In this document: positions 1-9,454 of the stretch, piece after piece
Numbering within the stretch: position 1 is the stretch's first letter
Layout: the number at the start of each line of letters is the position of its first letter
Source of the DNA: an uncultured delta proteobacterium
Lineage (GTDB): Bacteria > Desulfobacterota > Binatia > UBA9968
Assembly: GCA_963840855.1 (NCBI GenBank)
Contig: CAWJBB010000003.1
Coordinates: 43,991-107,990 of the forward strand
Direction: 5' to 3'
Length of the DNA stretch: 64,000 nucleotides
Program-made: the position numbers and the translations under genes
Notes under the pieces: model-generated
What the model saw: only the letters and a program-made list of their open reading frames with translations
The model's database searches: none
Told to the model about the DNA's origin: nothing

Positions 1-1215
1 CGCCAATGGCGCGACTTCAAGAACCAACATGGCTTGGTCGTCTCGTTGTGGTGCATCGTTTATGAACTGATCGATTTCACGAAATGCGTTTTCCACTAGT
101 GTTGCGATCGGCACGTTGGAGAAGTCGGCGCAGATACCGGCCAAACGGTCCTCGCCCAAAAGCTCTTCTTGGTCGTTCATCGCCTCAGTGATGCCGTCGG
201 TGTAGCAAACGATCCTCTGGCCGGCGCTAAGCTGGATAGACGATGCCGGGAACTCGCCGTCAGCCATCACTCCCACAATACCCGGGCTCACACAGAGACG
301 TTCCACCCTTCGGCTATCGTGGGTGAGCAGCATAGCCGGTGGGTGGCCGGCGCCAGCATAGGAAAATTTCTGAGACTTCGCGTTCCACAAACCGAGAAAG
401 ACCGTGAGAAATTCGCCGGTAGCAAGATACGACGAGATCTGCCGGTTCAGCCAGCGCAGCAGGAACCCCGGCTCGGCGCAGCGCTCTGCGCCAGTGCGAA
501 ATAAAACCTTGGCGACACTGGTCAAGAGCGCCGCGGGCAGCCCATGGCCCGAAACGTCGGCCATCATGATAGCGATCTCATCATTACCCACCGCGACTAC
601 GTCGAACATATCGCCACCCACCATCTGACTGGGACGATAGCGGTGGGCAAACTTGAGTCCGCGACCATATGGAAAGAGGTTAGTGACAAACCGTTGCTGT
701 ACTGCACGCGCTTGCTCGAGCTCGAACTCCCGTGCCGCTTCGCGGCGGCGTTCCTCTTCCAACCGCCGCGACTGCTCTTCAACGACGTTGCGCAGCTCGC
801 TCAGCGGACGGTAGGAGCGGATGCGGGCATGGATGCGCGCCACCAGTTCCGATGCGTTCACCGGCCAACTGATGAAGTCTTCGCCGCCCAGCTCCAAACC
901 TTCAACTACATGCTGATCGGGGTCGAGGACAGAGACGAAAAGCACCGGAATCTCTGCGGTGCGCGAATTGGCTTTCATCCTGCGGCAAACTTCGAAGCCA
1001 TCGAGCTCCGGCATCAAGACGTCCAAGAGCACGACGTCCGGCAGCTCCTCATCGATGGCGGCAAGGGCGCTGGCGCCGTCGCCAGCTTCGAGAACTATAA
1101 AGTTTTTGTCGAGAATGCTGCGCAGCAGAAAACGCTTATCGTCGTTGTCATCCACCACCAGCACCCGAGGGGCGCGGGTGGTGTTGACGTTAGGGGACAA
1201 AACTGCGGATCGCAC
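1..1215 (-). CDS. Response regulator with REC + PP2C/SpoIIE phosphatase domains (RsbU-like); 3' end runs off the window
   Basis: Not in the ORF track; translated by hand from GTG at 1215. REC part RVLVVDDNDD...DVVLLDVLMPELDGFEVC, then VGGDMFD, ADVSGHG, AGAGHPP, YTDGITEA and RDDQA (PP2C motifs), all in one frame. Confidence 0.9.
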   Translation of the reverse strand, partial: MRSAVLSPNVNTTRAPRVLVVDDNDDKRFLLRSILDKNFIVLEAGDGASALAAIDEELPDVVLLDVLMPELDGFEVCRRMKANSRTAEIPVLFVSVLDPDQHVVEGLELGGEDFISWPVNASELVARIHARIRSYRPLSELRNVVEEQSRRLEEERRREAAREFELEQARAVQQRFVTNLFPYGRGLKFAHRYRPSQMVGGDMFDVVAVGNDEIAIMMADVSGHGLPAALLTSVAKVLFRTGAERCAEPGFLLRWLNRQISSYLATGEFLTVFLGLWNAKSQKFSYAGAGHPPAMLLTHDSRRVERLCVSPGIVGVMADGEFPASSIQLSAGQRIVCYTDGITEAMNDQEELLGEDRLAGICADFSNVPIATLVENAFREIDQFINDAPQRDDQAMLVLEVAPLA

Positions 1216-1242
1216 GCAATGTCTCGCTGCGCCGAAGGCGGT

Positions 1243-1548
1243 CTAGTGGGTCACCTGGAAAAGCTGGTCGAAGTGGCAAAGCCGCAGAACCTTCTCGACG
1301 TACTCCTGGGGCCGGTCGAGCACCACGGCACCGCCGGCTTTTTCGCAATTTTCGCGGGCCAGGAGGAGCATCCCTAGAGCCGAGCTATCGATAAAGCTCA
1401 CCTCTGACAAATCCAGGGTCAGCTCGGAATGGCCTGCGCGCAGCAGGCCCTCCACAGTTCTGCGAAATTCCATGTGCGCCTGAAAATCGAACCGCCCCTT
1501 GAGGGAGACAGTCGTATTACTGGATCCTTCCCTGACGCTGATGTTCAT
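1243..1548 (-). CDS. STAS-domain anti-sigma factor antagonist
   Basis: 101 aa; LKGRFDF...LDLSEVSFIDSSALGMLL with the conserved phospho-Ser motif. Confidence 0.92.
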   Translation of the reverse strand: MNISVREGSSNTTVSLKGRFDFQAHMEFRRTVEGLLRAGHSELTLDLSEVSFIDSSALGMLLLARENCEKAGGAVVLDRPQEYVEKVLRLCHFDQLFQVTH

Positions 1549-1552
1549 AACT

Positions 1553-2002
1553 TCACTCCTTGTTTAGAGACATGACGATGCGTTTACCGTCGCCCTGGAT
1601 TGCGACTGAATTCATGAATTGACTGATCAGATACAATCCCCGGCCATGGGGGTCGCCCTTCAGCCGAGAACTCGAGGCAGGGTGTGCGTCATAGCCTTTG
1701 CCCTCATCTTCGACATCCATTTCCACTCTACCCGGCGCAAGCGAGCAGCCGACGCGAATCTCGCGTTTAGAGTCGGCCTCGTTACCGTGAAAGTGGGCGT
1801 TGAGCAGCGCCTCGTGCAAACACAGCTCGGCGCGGAAAACCCAGTCTTGTTCAAACGCCATCCACTCCATCGTGACACGAACAAACCGCACCGCCGCGCT
1901 CAACGCCGCCGTTGTGGACGGTATCGCGAAGCGCAGCACCGCCGAGGCCCTCAGCGGAGATCCCGCATCATTGCCTTCCTTAATGGCGACCGTCCCGCTC
2001 AC
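1553..2002 (-). CDS. RsbW-like anti-sigma factor / Ser kinase (HATPase_c_2)
   Basis: EALLNAHFHGN (N box), DEGKG (G1), GRGLYLI (G2). Confidence 0.88.
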   Translation of the reverse strand: MSGTVAIKEGNDAGSPLRASAVLRFAIPSTTAALSAAVRFVRVTMEWMAFEQDWVFRAELCLHEALLNAHFHGNEADSKREIRVGCSLAPGRVEMDVEDEGKGYDAHPASSSRLKGDPHGRGLYLISQFMNSVAIQGDGKRIVMSLNKE

Positions 2003-2157
2003 CTAAGCCCTCTCCGTCGGCGGACAACTTGGATAGATATCCAGGGGCGCGACTGCTGCCGGCGACGCGGCGGCCCTAACAGGAGGGCTAAGGTTAGCGA
2101 AACGGTTATGACGGTGATACAGATCAAGGGTAGGCGCTCCGCGGTTAAGGAAAATTT

Positions 2158-2373
2158 TTATTCTATATAAATCCCGCCTCTTGAGGCGGGAACGACATTG
2201 TGGGGTTTCCAAAGGGGGTGAGCATCCCCTTTGGTCAAGGGCGGGGCCAAAACCCCGCCCGCGAAGTGGCTTCGTTTATTGAGTTTTTCGTGCAGCGTCT
2301 GAGCGTTGAACGGTGTGTGGCGCATCGCCCCTGCATCGTCGACAACCAGAACTTCCATCTCTGGATCGAACAT
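2158..2373 (-). pseudogene. cheY: cheY remnant with large internal deletion
   Basis: CheY-like N-terminus MFDPEMEVLVVDDAGAMR is joined almost directly to the CheY-like C-terminus PFNAQTLHEKLNK; AAGGAG RBS upstream. Confidence 0.7.
2172..2260. repeat. Three consecutive GC-rich hairpins (REP-like)
   Basis: TCCCGCCT..AGGCGGGA; CCAAAGGGG..CCCCTTTGG; GGGCGGGG..CCCCGCCC. Confidence 0.65.
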
Positions 2374-2463
2374 CCGTAATCTCCTTACTGCTTCAATTCA
2401 CCCCGAAAGGTACCAGTGCGTCATCTACTTGGCGGGGCGGAAAGATCGCGGTTACAACTTAAG

Positions 2464-2490
2464 TTATCGGAAACACGCAGCTAGCCTTTA
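2464..2490 (-). promoter_or_regulatory. Sigma-28 (FliA)-type promoter
   Basis: Minus strand TAAA-N15-TCCGATAA versus consensus TAAA-N15-GCCGATAA, about 90 bp upstream of the cheY remnant. Confidence 0.75.
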
Positions 2491-2582
2491 GAGACCAACT
2501 GAACGCTTTGAACAAGGCGACGCGGAATCAGGAAAGGAGTTGGTAATTTGGAACCATCGGAAGGACTTCTATCAATCCGTGG

Positions 2583-2625
2583 ATCATAGCGGGCAGGAAT
2601 TGGCAATGTTCCCGCCCGCTATGAT
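2583..2625 (-). terminator. Long hairpin downstream of flgE (probable terminator)
   Basis: ATCATAGCGGGCAGGAA...TTCCCGCCCGCTATGAT, 30 bp after the flgE stop; U-tract is weak. Confidence 0.6.
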
Positions 2626-2654
2626 TTCAAGGCTATGAAAAAACCAGGTTACAA

Positions 2655-3927
2655 TTAACGCTTCAGATTCGACACTTCTTCCAACAAAGTGTCAGTAACC
2701 GTGATCGTACGCGAGGATGCCTGAAACGCCCTCTGGGTAGTGACCATCTTCACGAACTCCGTGGCGAGGTCCACCGTCGAGAGTTCGAGCGAGCCGGACA
2801 ACACCGTGCCAAAGCTGCCGTCATCCGGCGCGCCGATTAACACCGGCCCGGACTGTTGCGATTCGAGAAACAGCGAGTTGCCCAAATGGGTCAAGCCTTC
2901 GGGACTGGCGAAGTCAGCCAGAGCGACTCTGAAAAGCGGCTGGGTTCCACCAGTGGTAAATTGACCGGTTATGGTACCGTCCGTGCCGATGTTGATGCCG
3001 CGCAGAACACCCGATGTCGAGCCATCCTGGTTCAATACGCTGACCGAAGATGCCTGGGCGTACTGGGTGGTGCCGAGAAAGATCTGATTGGCGGCGGTGA
3101 TGGTCTGAGCGCTGGCGCCGTTGGCCCAGGCTGCGGTTATGTTAGCAGGGGTGCCCGTATTCAGCGATCCGTTAGCATTAAACACCAGGGTGCCATTACC
3201 GACCTGTTGCAAGTTGCCAGCCGTGCCGCCGACCTCTGCAGCATTAGCGGTCACACGGTAGTCCCATGTGTTCGCTGCGGTCTTGCGAAAGAGATAGGTC
3301 AGATCATGTCCCTGACCAAGAGAGTCGAAGACCGTTAGCACGGTGGAAAAGTTGGCGCCGGCAAACCAGGCGGCAGGCAAGCCCGACGGAGGCACGCCCA
3401 CGGGAAACGTCGGGATGGGGGTCGTCGAAGTTGCATCCAAATTGACCGTCGACGTGATAATGCTGGTGGGCGTCGGCGCGACCACCGACTGGTTGATGAC
3501 AATGTCGTTAAGGCCGGTGTTGATATTCCCGGCGCTGTCGAGACCAAAGCCCTGAACGCGCAGTCCCGCGGGATTGACGAGATTGCCCTGGTCGTCAAGC
3601 ACAAATTGTCCCGCGCGGCTATAGAAACTCGCCCCCGCGGTATCTCTTAGAACGAAAAGCCCACGGCCTTGGATCGCCATGTCCGTAGGACTGTTGGTGG
3701 TTTCGACGCCGCCCTGAACGAACGGACGCTGCGCATCGGCCAGGCGCGTTCCAAGACCGACCTTGGTGCCGCCGATGTCCGCGCTCAAGAGATCGAAAAA
3801 CACCGCCCGGCTCGACTTGAAGCCGATGGTGTTGCACGTTGGCGATATTATCGCCGATGATGTTCATCGCGTTACCGTTAGCGTTGATGCCGCTAACGCC
3901 CGCGAAAAGTGCTCCTGTAAGTGCCAT
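2655..3927 (-). CDS. flgE: Flagellar hook protein FlgE, copy 2 (frameshift near 3830)
   Basis: N-terminus MALTGALFAGVSGINANGNAMNIIGDNIANV lies in ORF 3619-3927; the remainder, with FYSRAGQF and LELSTVDLATEFVKMVTTQRAFQA, lies in ORF 2655-3803. Confidence 0.92.
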
Positions 3928-3946
3928 TGAGTCCTCCCTGTTACTA

Positions 3947-4036
3947 TTTTGGAATTTAGATTTTTGGATTTTAGATTGTCGGAAAATAGAATCGCCATCG
4001 CGCTCCGTCCCAATCCAAAATCGGAAATCTAAAATG
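3947..4036. repeat. Inverted 7-nt-period repeat (TTTTGGA/TCCAAAA type) between the flgE copies
   Basis: ttttggaatttagatttttggattttagattg ... caatccaaaatcggaaatctaaaat. Confidence 0.7.
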
Positions 4037-4048
4037 TTTAGCGCTTTC

Positions 4049-5320
4049 CTAAGCCTTCAACTCCGTCGCCACGCTGTACATCTCGTCGGCCGTGGTAATC
4101 ACTCGCGAGTTCATCTGGAACGCGCGCTGCGACGCGAGCATGGTGACAAACTCCGTCGCGAGATCCACCGTCGAAAGCTCCAGCGTGCCGGAAACGATGT
4201 CACCGCGGCCGCCCGAACCCGCCAGCCCCACCTGCGCCGCGCCGGAGTCCAGCGTCGGTAGGAAAAGCGTATCGCCGAACGGGTCTAGATCATCGACGTT
4301 GGCGAAGTGCGCCAGCTGGATCGTATCGATGAGCTGTGAGTTGCCATTGGAATACAAGCCGCGCACATTGCCCTGGGCATCGATGTCGATGGCTCTCAAG
4401 GCGCCCTGCGGCGAGCCATTCTGCGTCAGGCTGACGAGCGTCGACGCGTTGGCATATTGCGTCGAAGCGGTCGGGGGTGTCGTGGGTGTCGCCGGCGCGA
4501 AAAGTATGCTTGCCGCTGAAATAGTCTGACTCGCCGCGCCGTTTACCCAGGTCATGCCGGTAATATCCGTGCTGGTGCTGGAATTGAAACTGCCGTCCGT
4601 ATTGAACACCACCGTGCCGGCGCCCAATTCGCGTAGGTCAGTGGAGTTTGGCGCCGTTGCGTCTAGTTCGCTGCGCGCGCCCACCACGCGGTAATCCCAA
4701 TTATTGGGCGTGGTCTTGCGGAACAAGAACGTCAGATCATGCGCAGCACCTTGCGAGTCGTAGATCGCGGTAACCATGGAAGCGTTGCCGGAGCTAAACC
4801 ATGCGCTGGGGATCGCATCCCCCGCCGGAAAGCCGACCGTGGGAGTCGTCGCCGCTGCGTCGAGATTAAATCTCATATCGAGGGTCGTCGTTGCCTGCGC
4901 CGGCAGGGTTTGTCCTCCGGCCAGGGAAATATTCCCGGCTGCGCCTTGGAGAAAATAGCCGTCGGGATTGACCAGGTTAAAGTTTTCGTCGAGGTGAAAC
5001 TGCCCAGCGCGAGTGTAATAGCTCGCGCCGGCACCGTCGCGCACAATGAAAAACCCATTGCCGCCGACGGCGAGATCTGTGACGTTGGAAGTCGATTCAA
5101 AAGCGCCTTGAGTAAATTGGCGATCGGCACTGACCACGAACACGCCATGACCGGCTTCGATCTCGCCAGCGACCGTCGGCAAGACGTCGGCGTAGTTAAC
5201 CCGCGAAGCCTTGAACCCGGTGGTGTTGAGATTGGCGATATTGTGGCCTACCACTGCCATCGAAGTGCCGAAGGCGCCCAGCGCCGTGCTTGCCGTATAC
5301 ATGGACCCGGTAATCGACAT
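4049..5320 (-). CDS. flgE: Flagellar hook protein FlgE, copy 1
   Basis: MSITGSMYTAS...GHNIANLNTTGFK, YYTRAGQF, LELSTVDLATEFVTMLASQRAFQMN; directly after flgD. Confidence 0.93.
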   Translation of the reverse strand: MSITGSMYTASTALGAFGTSMAVVGHNIANLNTTGFKASRVNYADVLPTVAGEIEAGHGVFVVSADRQFTQGAFESTSNVTDLAVGGNGFFIVRDGAGASYYTRAGQFHLDENFNLVNPDGYFLQGAAGNISLAGGQTLPAQATTTLDMRFNLDAAATTPTVGFPAGDAIPSAWFSSGNASMVTAIYDSQGAAHDLTFLFRKTTPNNWDYRVVGARSELDATAPNSTDLRELGAGTVVFNTDGSFNSSTSTDITGMTWVNGAASQTISAASILFAPATPTTPPTASTQYANASTLVSLTQNGSPQGALRAIDIDAQGNVRGLYSNGNSQLIDTIQLAHFANVDDLDPFGDTLFLPTLDSGAAQVGLAGSGGRGDIVSGTLELSTVDLATEFVTMLASQRAFQMNSRVITTADEMYSVATELKA

Positions 5321-5335
5321 GAATAATCTCCCCAA

Positions 5336-5989
5336 TCAGTGTATCGCCGTAACCGCGCTCAAAGAAATCCTCAGTTGGCCTATTTCCAAAATCGGTTCCG
5401 GTCCTTCAAGATTGATTCCGGTGACCACGCCGCGCACCTGTTTTATGACGGGCAGTGATTTGCCGGCACTGTCCAGGGCACTCACTTCAAAGCTATAGAC
5501 TCCCGCCGGCAGGCTCTGGCCGAGACTATTCTTGCCATCCCATATCGCGCTCTTCGCTCCCGCGTTTTGACTCCCGACGTCGATCTGGCGCACCACCGCG
5601 CCACTTCCGTTCAGCACTTTGACGGTGACCTTGGCCGCGTTGCCCGCGAGCTCGTAGTGCAAGCTGGCGTTGCCGCTCTGGCCGAGATTGAATTCATTGC
5701 CTCTGCCGGCCACCTGTTTGCCGAGGAGCGCGGCGCTGTTGAACTGACTTGCCAGTCCCTGTTGGCTCGTCAGGCTGTCGAGCTTTTCGTTTAGACCGAT
5801 GAGCTGCTCCAAACTATTGAATTGCGCCAACTGCACGGCGAATTCCTGATTGTCCATCGGGCTCAGTGGATCCTGGTTTTGCAACTGCGCGATCAATAGC
5901 TTCATGAAATCGTCGCGGCTGACTTGCCCACCGGCCTTCACCGGCGCGGATTGCGCCGCCGCGGCGCCGTTAATACTTTGAATCGCCAT
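5336..5989 (-). CDS. flgD: Flagellar hook capping protein FlgD
   Basis: DDFMKLLIAQLQNQDPLSPMD and WDGKN...G.Y motifs. Confidence 0.96.
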   Translation of the reverse strand: MAIQSINGAAAAQSAPVKAGGQVSRDDFMKLLIAQLQNQDPLSPMDNQEFAVQLAQFNSLEQLIGLNEKLDSLTSQQGLASQFNSAALLGKQVAGRGNEFNLGQSGNASLHYELAGNAAKVTVKVLNGSGAVVRQIDVGSQNAGAKSAIWDGKNSLGQSLPAGVYSFEVSALDSAGKSLPVIKQVRGVVTGINLEGPEPILEIGQLRISLSAVTAIH

Positions 5990-6088
5990 GAGTTTTTCTA
6001 CCTTTGTGTTCTTTGCAGTTAAATCTCTTTTTTGCGTTTTTTCTGTTCTTTGCGGTTAAATTTTTTGCTTCTCTCATCTGGCTCCAAT

Positions 6089-7368
6089 TTACGCCCACAT
6101 ACTCACGCGTCCCGGTTCTCGAGCGGCCGGTTGGCGCTGAATCGGCTCACGCTCGTCGTTGCCGCCGCGCGCTGTAGAGCCGAAATCATCTGCAGATTGA
6201 CGTCCGCCGTCGGCTTGCTGCCGCGGTCCCTGATGGCCATCGCCGCGCCCGCCGCCCCAGCTGCCGCTCTCAATGCGCACGTCCACATGTTCCAACCGGT
6301 TTTCGCCGAGAGCTTGGCGCAGTTCGGGCAAATGCGTTTCGATGAGGCTTCGAGACTCTTGCGTTTCTGCGAAGATGCGCGCTTCAAGTCTATCGCCCTC
6401 CAGATGGAGATCGATTTTCAACTTGCCTAGTTCCGGCGGATCGAGCTGAATGATTGCGTCTGTCTTGCCGATGTGGACACGGCCGTTGATCTCTCCGGCC
6501 ACCTGTTCAATCACAGGGCGCCATTGGGCCGGCTCCGCTCCGCTCGCCGCCGAGGGCGGATGGTCCGTCAAGCGCATAACGTGAAACACCGTACTGCCAT
6601 GTTGTGCGGTTTCAAACGGAACTTGCATTCCTTCATGGGATGGCCCATGGTCGCCATGCTGAAAAAACATACCCTGCTCTCCCTGATTCGAATCCGCTGA
6701 ACGAGTTTCGCCGCTGCTAAGAATAGTCTCCGACAGCGCGTGATCATGGGGCGCGCTTGCAGATTTCGTTTGGACCAAATTATCCTTCGCGTAGGCCGGA
6801 AAGCCGCGCAATAGCGCATGCGCATCACGGAGTTCAATATTATTATGATTCCCCTGCCTCACCTCGGCGCCCGTCGACATGTCTAATTTCGTGAGGCTGG
6901 TGCCGGAATGATCTACCCCGGTTTCAAGCGCACTTATTTCTAGGCCATTTTTGTAATTCGTGGCAAGATCCTGATCGCGATGGGTCTCGCTTTTCGCCGT
7001 GATATCCGCCACGGCCTGCGTGTTTGCACTGCCGACAGGTGCGCTGTTGTTTCCCAACGCAGCATCAACCGATCCCGGATCCACCGATTTAATGAGCAAA
7101 TTGACAACATGGTAACTTGCGTCGTAGAGATCCGCGCTTTCAGTAGAAGCGGAATTCGCGCTAGAACCGCCGTCGGAAGAAACCGCGGTGAGGGAACCCT
7201 CTGGCGTCGTCCTTAACCTGTGGATCTTGGGCCGCGGGGGTAGCAAGGATTAGAAACAGCAAAGCGGAGAAATCACCGCGTTGGGCGCCGTCTTCGTTGA
7301 TAACCCCCCCCATTCATGGCTTCTTGGACCGGATTATCGTTGATTGAAAAAGAGCCGTTGATGATCAT
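6089..7368 (-). CDS. fliK: Flagellar hook-length control protein FliK (N-terminal part frameshifted)
   Basis: C-terminal IQLDPPELGKLKIDL...LPELRQAL; lies between fliJ and flgD. Upstream ATGs at 7368 and 7317 connect to a GDFSALL segment only across a G8 tract and a second shift. Confidence 0.8.
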
Positions 7369-7383
7369 GTCGCCCACGAATGG

Positions 7384-7399
7384 AGCAAGGCGGATGCCA
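7384..7399 (-). promoter_or_regulatory. Sigma-54 promoter for fliK-flgD-flgE-flgE
   Basis: TGGCATCCGCCTTGCT (GG-N10-GC). Confidence 0.75.
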
Positions 7400-7566
7400 G
7401 GCCCAAAACGGCTAATTCTTTGATTGACGAAGGGTTGTGAAATCTTTAGCCTGCCGCGGACGAATCGAAAGCCAGTGGCACTCTTCGGAACTTGTGCGTC
7501 GGATGGCGCTGCCGGCTTCGGTTCGAAAAACGGAAACTAAAATCGGAAAGAGGGAAGGAGTTGCTG

Positions 7567-8025
7567 CTAACTGGGACCTTTTTTCCGGCTTTCCGACTGC
7601 GCAAAATTCCGTTGGGCGATCTCATCGCTGAATCTCTGTTCTGCGGCATGTTGGGCGCGCCAATAGCGCTCTTCGTGGCGTTGCCGCAGTTGCTCCAACG
7701 ACTTCACCGCGCGCATCGCTTCCACGACCTCTTCGCGTTTGTCGGCGATCATGTCGTTGAACTGCGCCAGCGCAATTCCCTTTGCATTGATTCGTTTAAG
7801 TAACGACTGGCCATGCTCGGCGCGCAGCTGCAGTTCAATTGCGGTGAAGATTTGGCCCTCTGCGGCGAAGGTGCTAGCCTCAGCCAGTTCGCTTTCAAGG
7901 GTGTCAAGTTCAGCCACCATTTGCCGTCGGGTTTCGTGCAGGGCGCTGAGCTCCCAGTGCTTCTGGTCTCGGATACGCTCGCGCAAGCGCAGTACCGCGG
8001 CGAAGCGAAATTTGAACACGGCCAT
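7567..8025 (-). CDS. fliJ: Flagellar export protein FliJ
   Basis: MAVFKFRFAAVLRLRE...EQRFSDEIA; coiled coil, follows fliI. Confidence 0.88.
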   Translation of the reverse strand: MAVFKFRFAAVLRLRERIRDQKHWELSALHETRRQMVAELDTLESELAEASTFAAEGQIFTAIELQLRAEHGQSLLKRINAKGIALAQFNDMIADKREEVVEAMRAVKSLEQLRQRHEERYWRAQHAAEQRFSDEIAQRNFAQSESRKKGPS

Positions 8026-8037
8026 GAGTGATTACAC

Positions 8038-9351
8038 TTACGCGAGCAGCTCGGCGAGAGCCTGCATGCTCTGCTCCAGCGTCGCATCATCATGTTGGTC
8101 TTGGCGCAGAAACTCGCGCAGCCGGGGCAGCAGCGCGATGGCCCGGTCCACGTCCGCATTGATGCCTTTAGTGTAGGCGCCGATCTGAATCAGATCTTCG
8201 GCGTCGCGGTAGGCGGCCATGAGGCGCGTGACTTCGCCAACCATGGCTCGATGTTCTTTTCCGGTCACGCGGGAGCGCACCCGGCTCACCGACGCGAGCA
8301 CGTCGACGGCGGGAAAATGTCCCTGTTCTGCGAGCCGGCGCGACAGTTGAATATGTCCGTCGGTGAGCGACCGCACGGCGTCGGCGATGGGCTCATGGGG
8401 GTCATCTCCTTCCATGAGCACGGTGTAGAGTCCCGTTATGCTCCCCATCCCCTTCCAACTCCCCGCCCGCTCGAGCAGGCGCGGCATCAACGCGAACACC
8501 GACGGCGTATAGCCCTTGGTGGAGGGCGGCTCCCCCACCGCCAGCCCCGCTTCCCGCTGCGCCATGGCAAAACGGCTCAGAGAATCCATCAATAGCAGAA
8601 CGTCCTGGCCGCAATCGCGAAAATATTCGGCGATGGTGGTGGCGATAAACGCGCCGCGCACGCGCACCAGCGCCGGCGCTTCGGAAGTCGCTGCCACGAC
8701 GATCATGCGTTCCCGCTCCTCGGACGGTAAGGTCCGGGCAACGAATTCTTCCACTTCCCGGCCGCGTTCACCGATGAGCGCGATGATCTTTACGTCGGCG
8801 CGGGTATTGCGCGCGATCATGGCCAAGAGTGTGCTCTTGCCCACGCCGGCGCCGGCCAAGATGGCGACCCGCTGTCCTTTGCCACAGGTAATCATGCCGT
8901 TAATAGCGCGAATCCCGATATCTAATGGTTGGTGAATCTCTTCGCGATCGAGGGGATTGGAAGCGGCTCGATAAACTGGATAAGAATGGGCGGCAATCAC
9001 GCCTTTGCCGTCGATGGGGCGGCCTAAGCCGTCGATGACGCGCCCCAAAAGTTCGGGCCCCACCGGGTAATGGGCTTCCTTCGCCAGCGCCACGACTTGG
9101 CTTCCCAGGCCAACGCCGCGCAGGTCCGCCAGGGGCATTAAGAGAGTTTGATCGCCGCGAAAGCCGACCACCTCCGCCAGCACGGGCTCCCCGCCGCCGA
9201 TGGGTTCGAGATCGCAGACGCCGCCGACGGGCAGCCGGGGCCCGCGGCTTGCGACCAGCAGTCCTGTTACTTCACTGACCGTTCCGGAGACGCGATACGG
9301 TGAGACGGTTTTGAGCCGTTCGCGGTACGGGGCAAACAGTGCGTCGTTCAT
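8038..9351 (-). CDS. fliI: Flagellar export ATPase FliI
   Basis: AGAGVGKSTLL Walker A, LIGERGREV, DSLSRFAMAQRE, GEPPSTKGYTPS. Confidence 0.96.
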   Translation of the reverse strand: MNDALFAPYRERLKTVSPYRVSGTVSEVTGLLVASRGPRLPVGGVCDLEPIGGGEPVLAEVVGFRGDQTLLMPLADLRGVGLGSQVVALAKEAHYPVGPELLGRVIDGLGRPIDGKGVIAAHSYPVYRAASNPLDREEIHQPLDIGIRAINGMITCGKGQRVAILAGAGVGKSTLLAMIARNTRADVKIIALIGERGREVEEFVARTLPSEERERMIVVAATSEAPALVRVRGAFIATTIAEYFRDCGQDVLLLMDSLSRFAMAQREAGLAVGEPPSTKGYTPSVFALMPRLLERAGSWKGMGSITGLYTVLMEGDDPHEPIADAVRSLTDGHIQLSRRLAEQGHFPAVDVLASVSRVRSRVTGKEHRAMVGEVTRLMAAYRDAEDLIQIGAYTKGINADVDRAIALLPRLREFLRQDQHDDATLEQSMQALAELLA

Positions 9352-9375
9352 AGGTCGTGGTTCGTATTACTGGCT

Positions 9376-9454
9376 CGTTCAAAGTTCAACGATTTAAGAC
9401 TCGGACGAGAAATCTCAGGTTCAATTTCGAAACGTTGAACATTGACATTGAACC
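9376..9454. repeat. Inverted GTTCAA/TTGAAC 7-nt-period repeat between fliH and fliI
   Basis: cgttcaaagttcaacg ... cgttgaacattgacattgaacc. Confidence 0.65.

Noticed and set aside
544-1377. 277-aa plus-strand ORF
   Set aside because: Codon-aligned antisense shadow of the REC-PP2C and STAS genes
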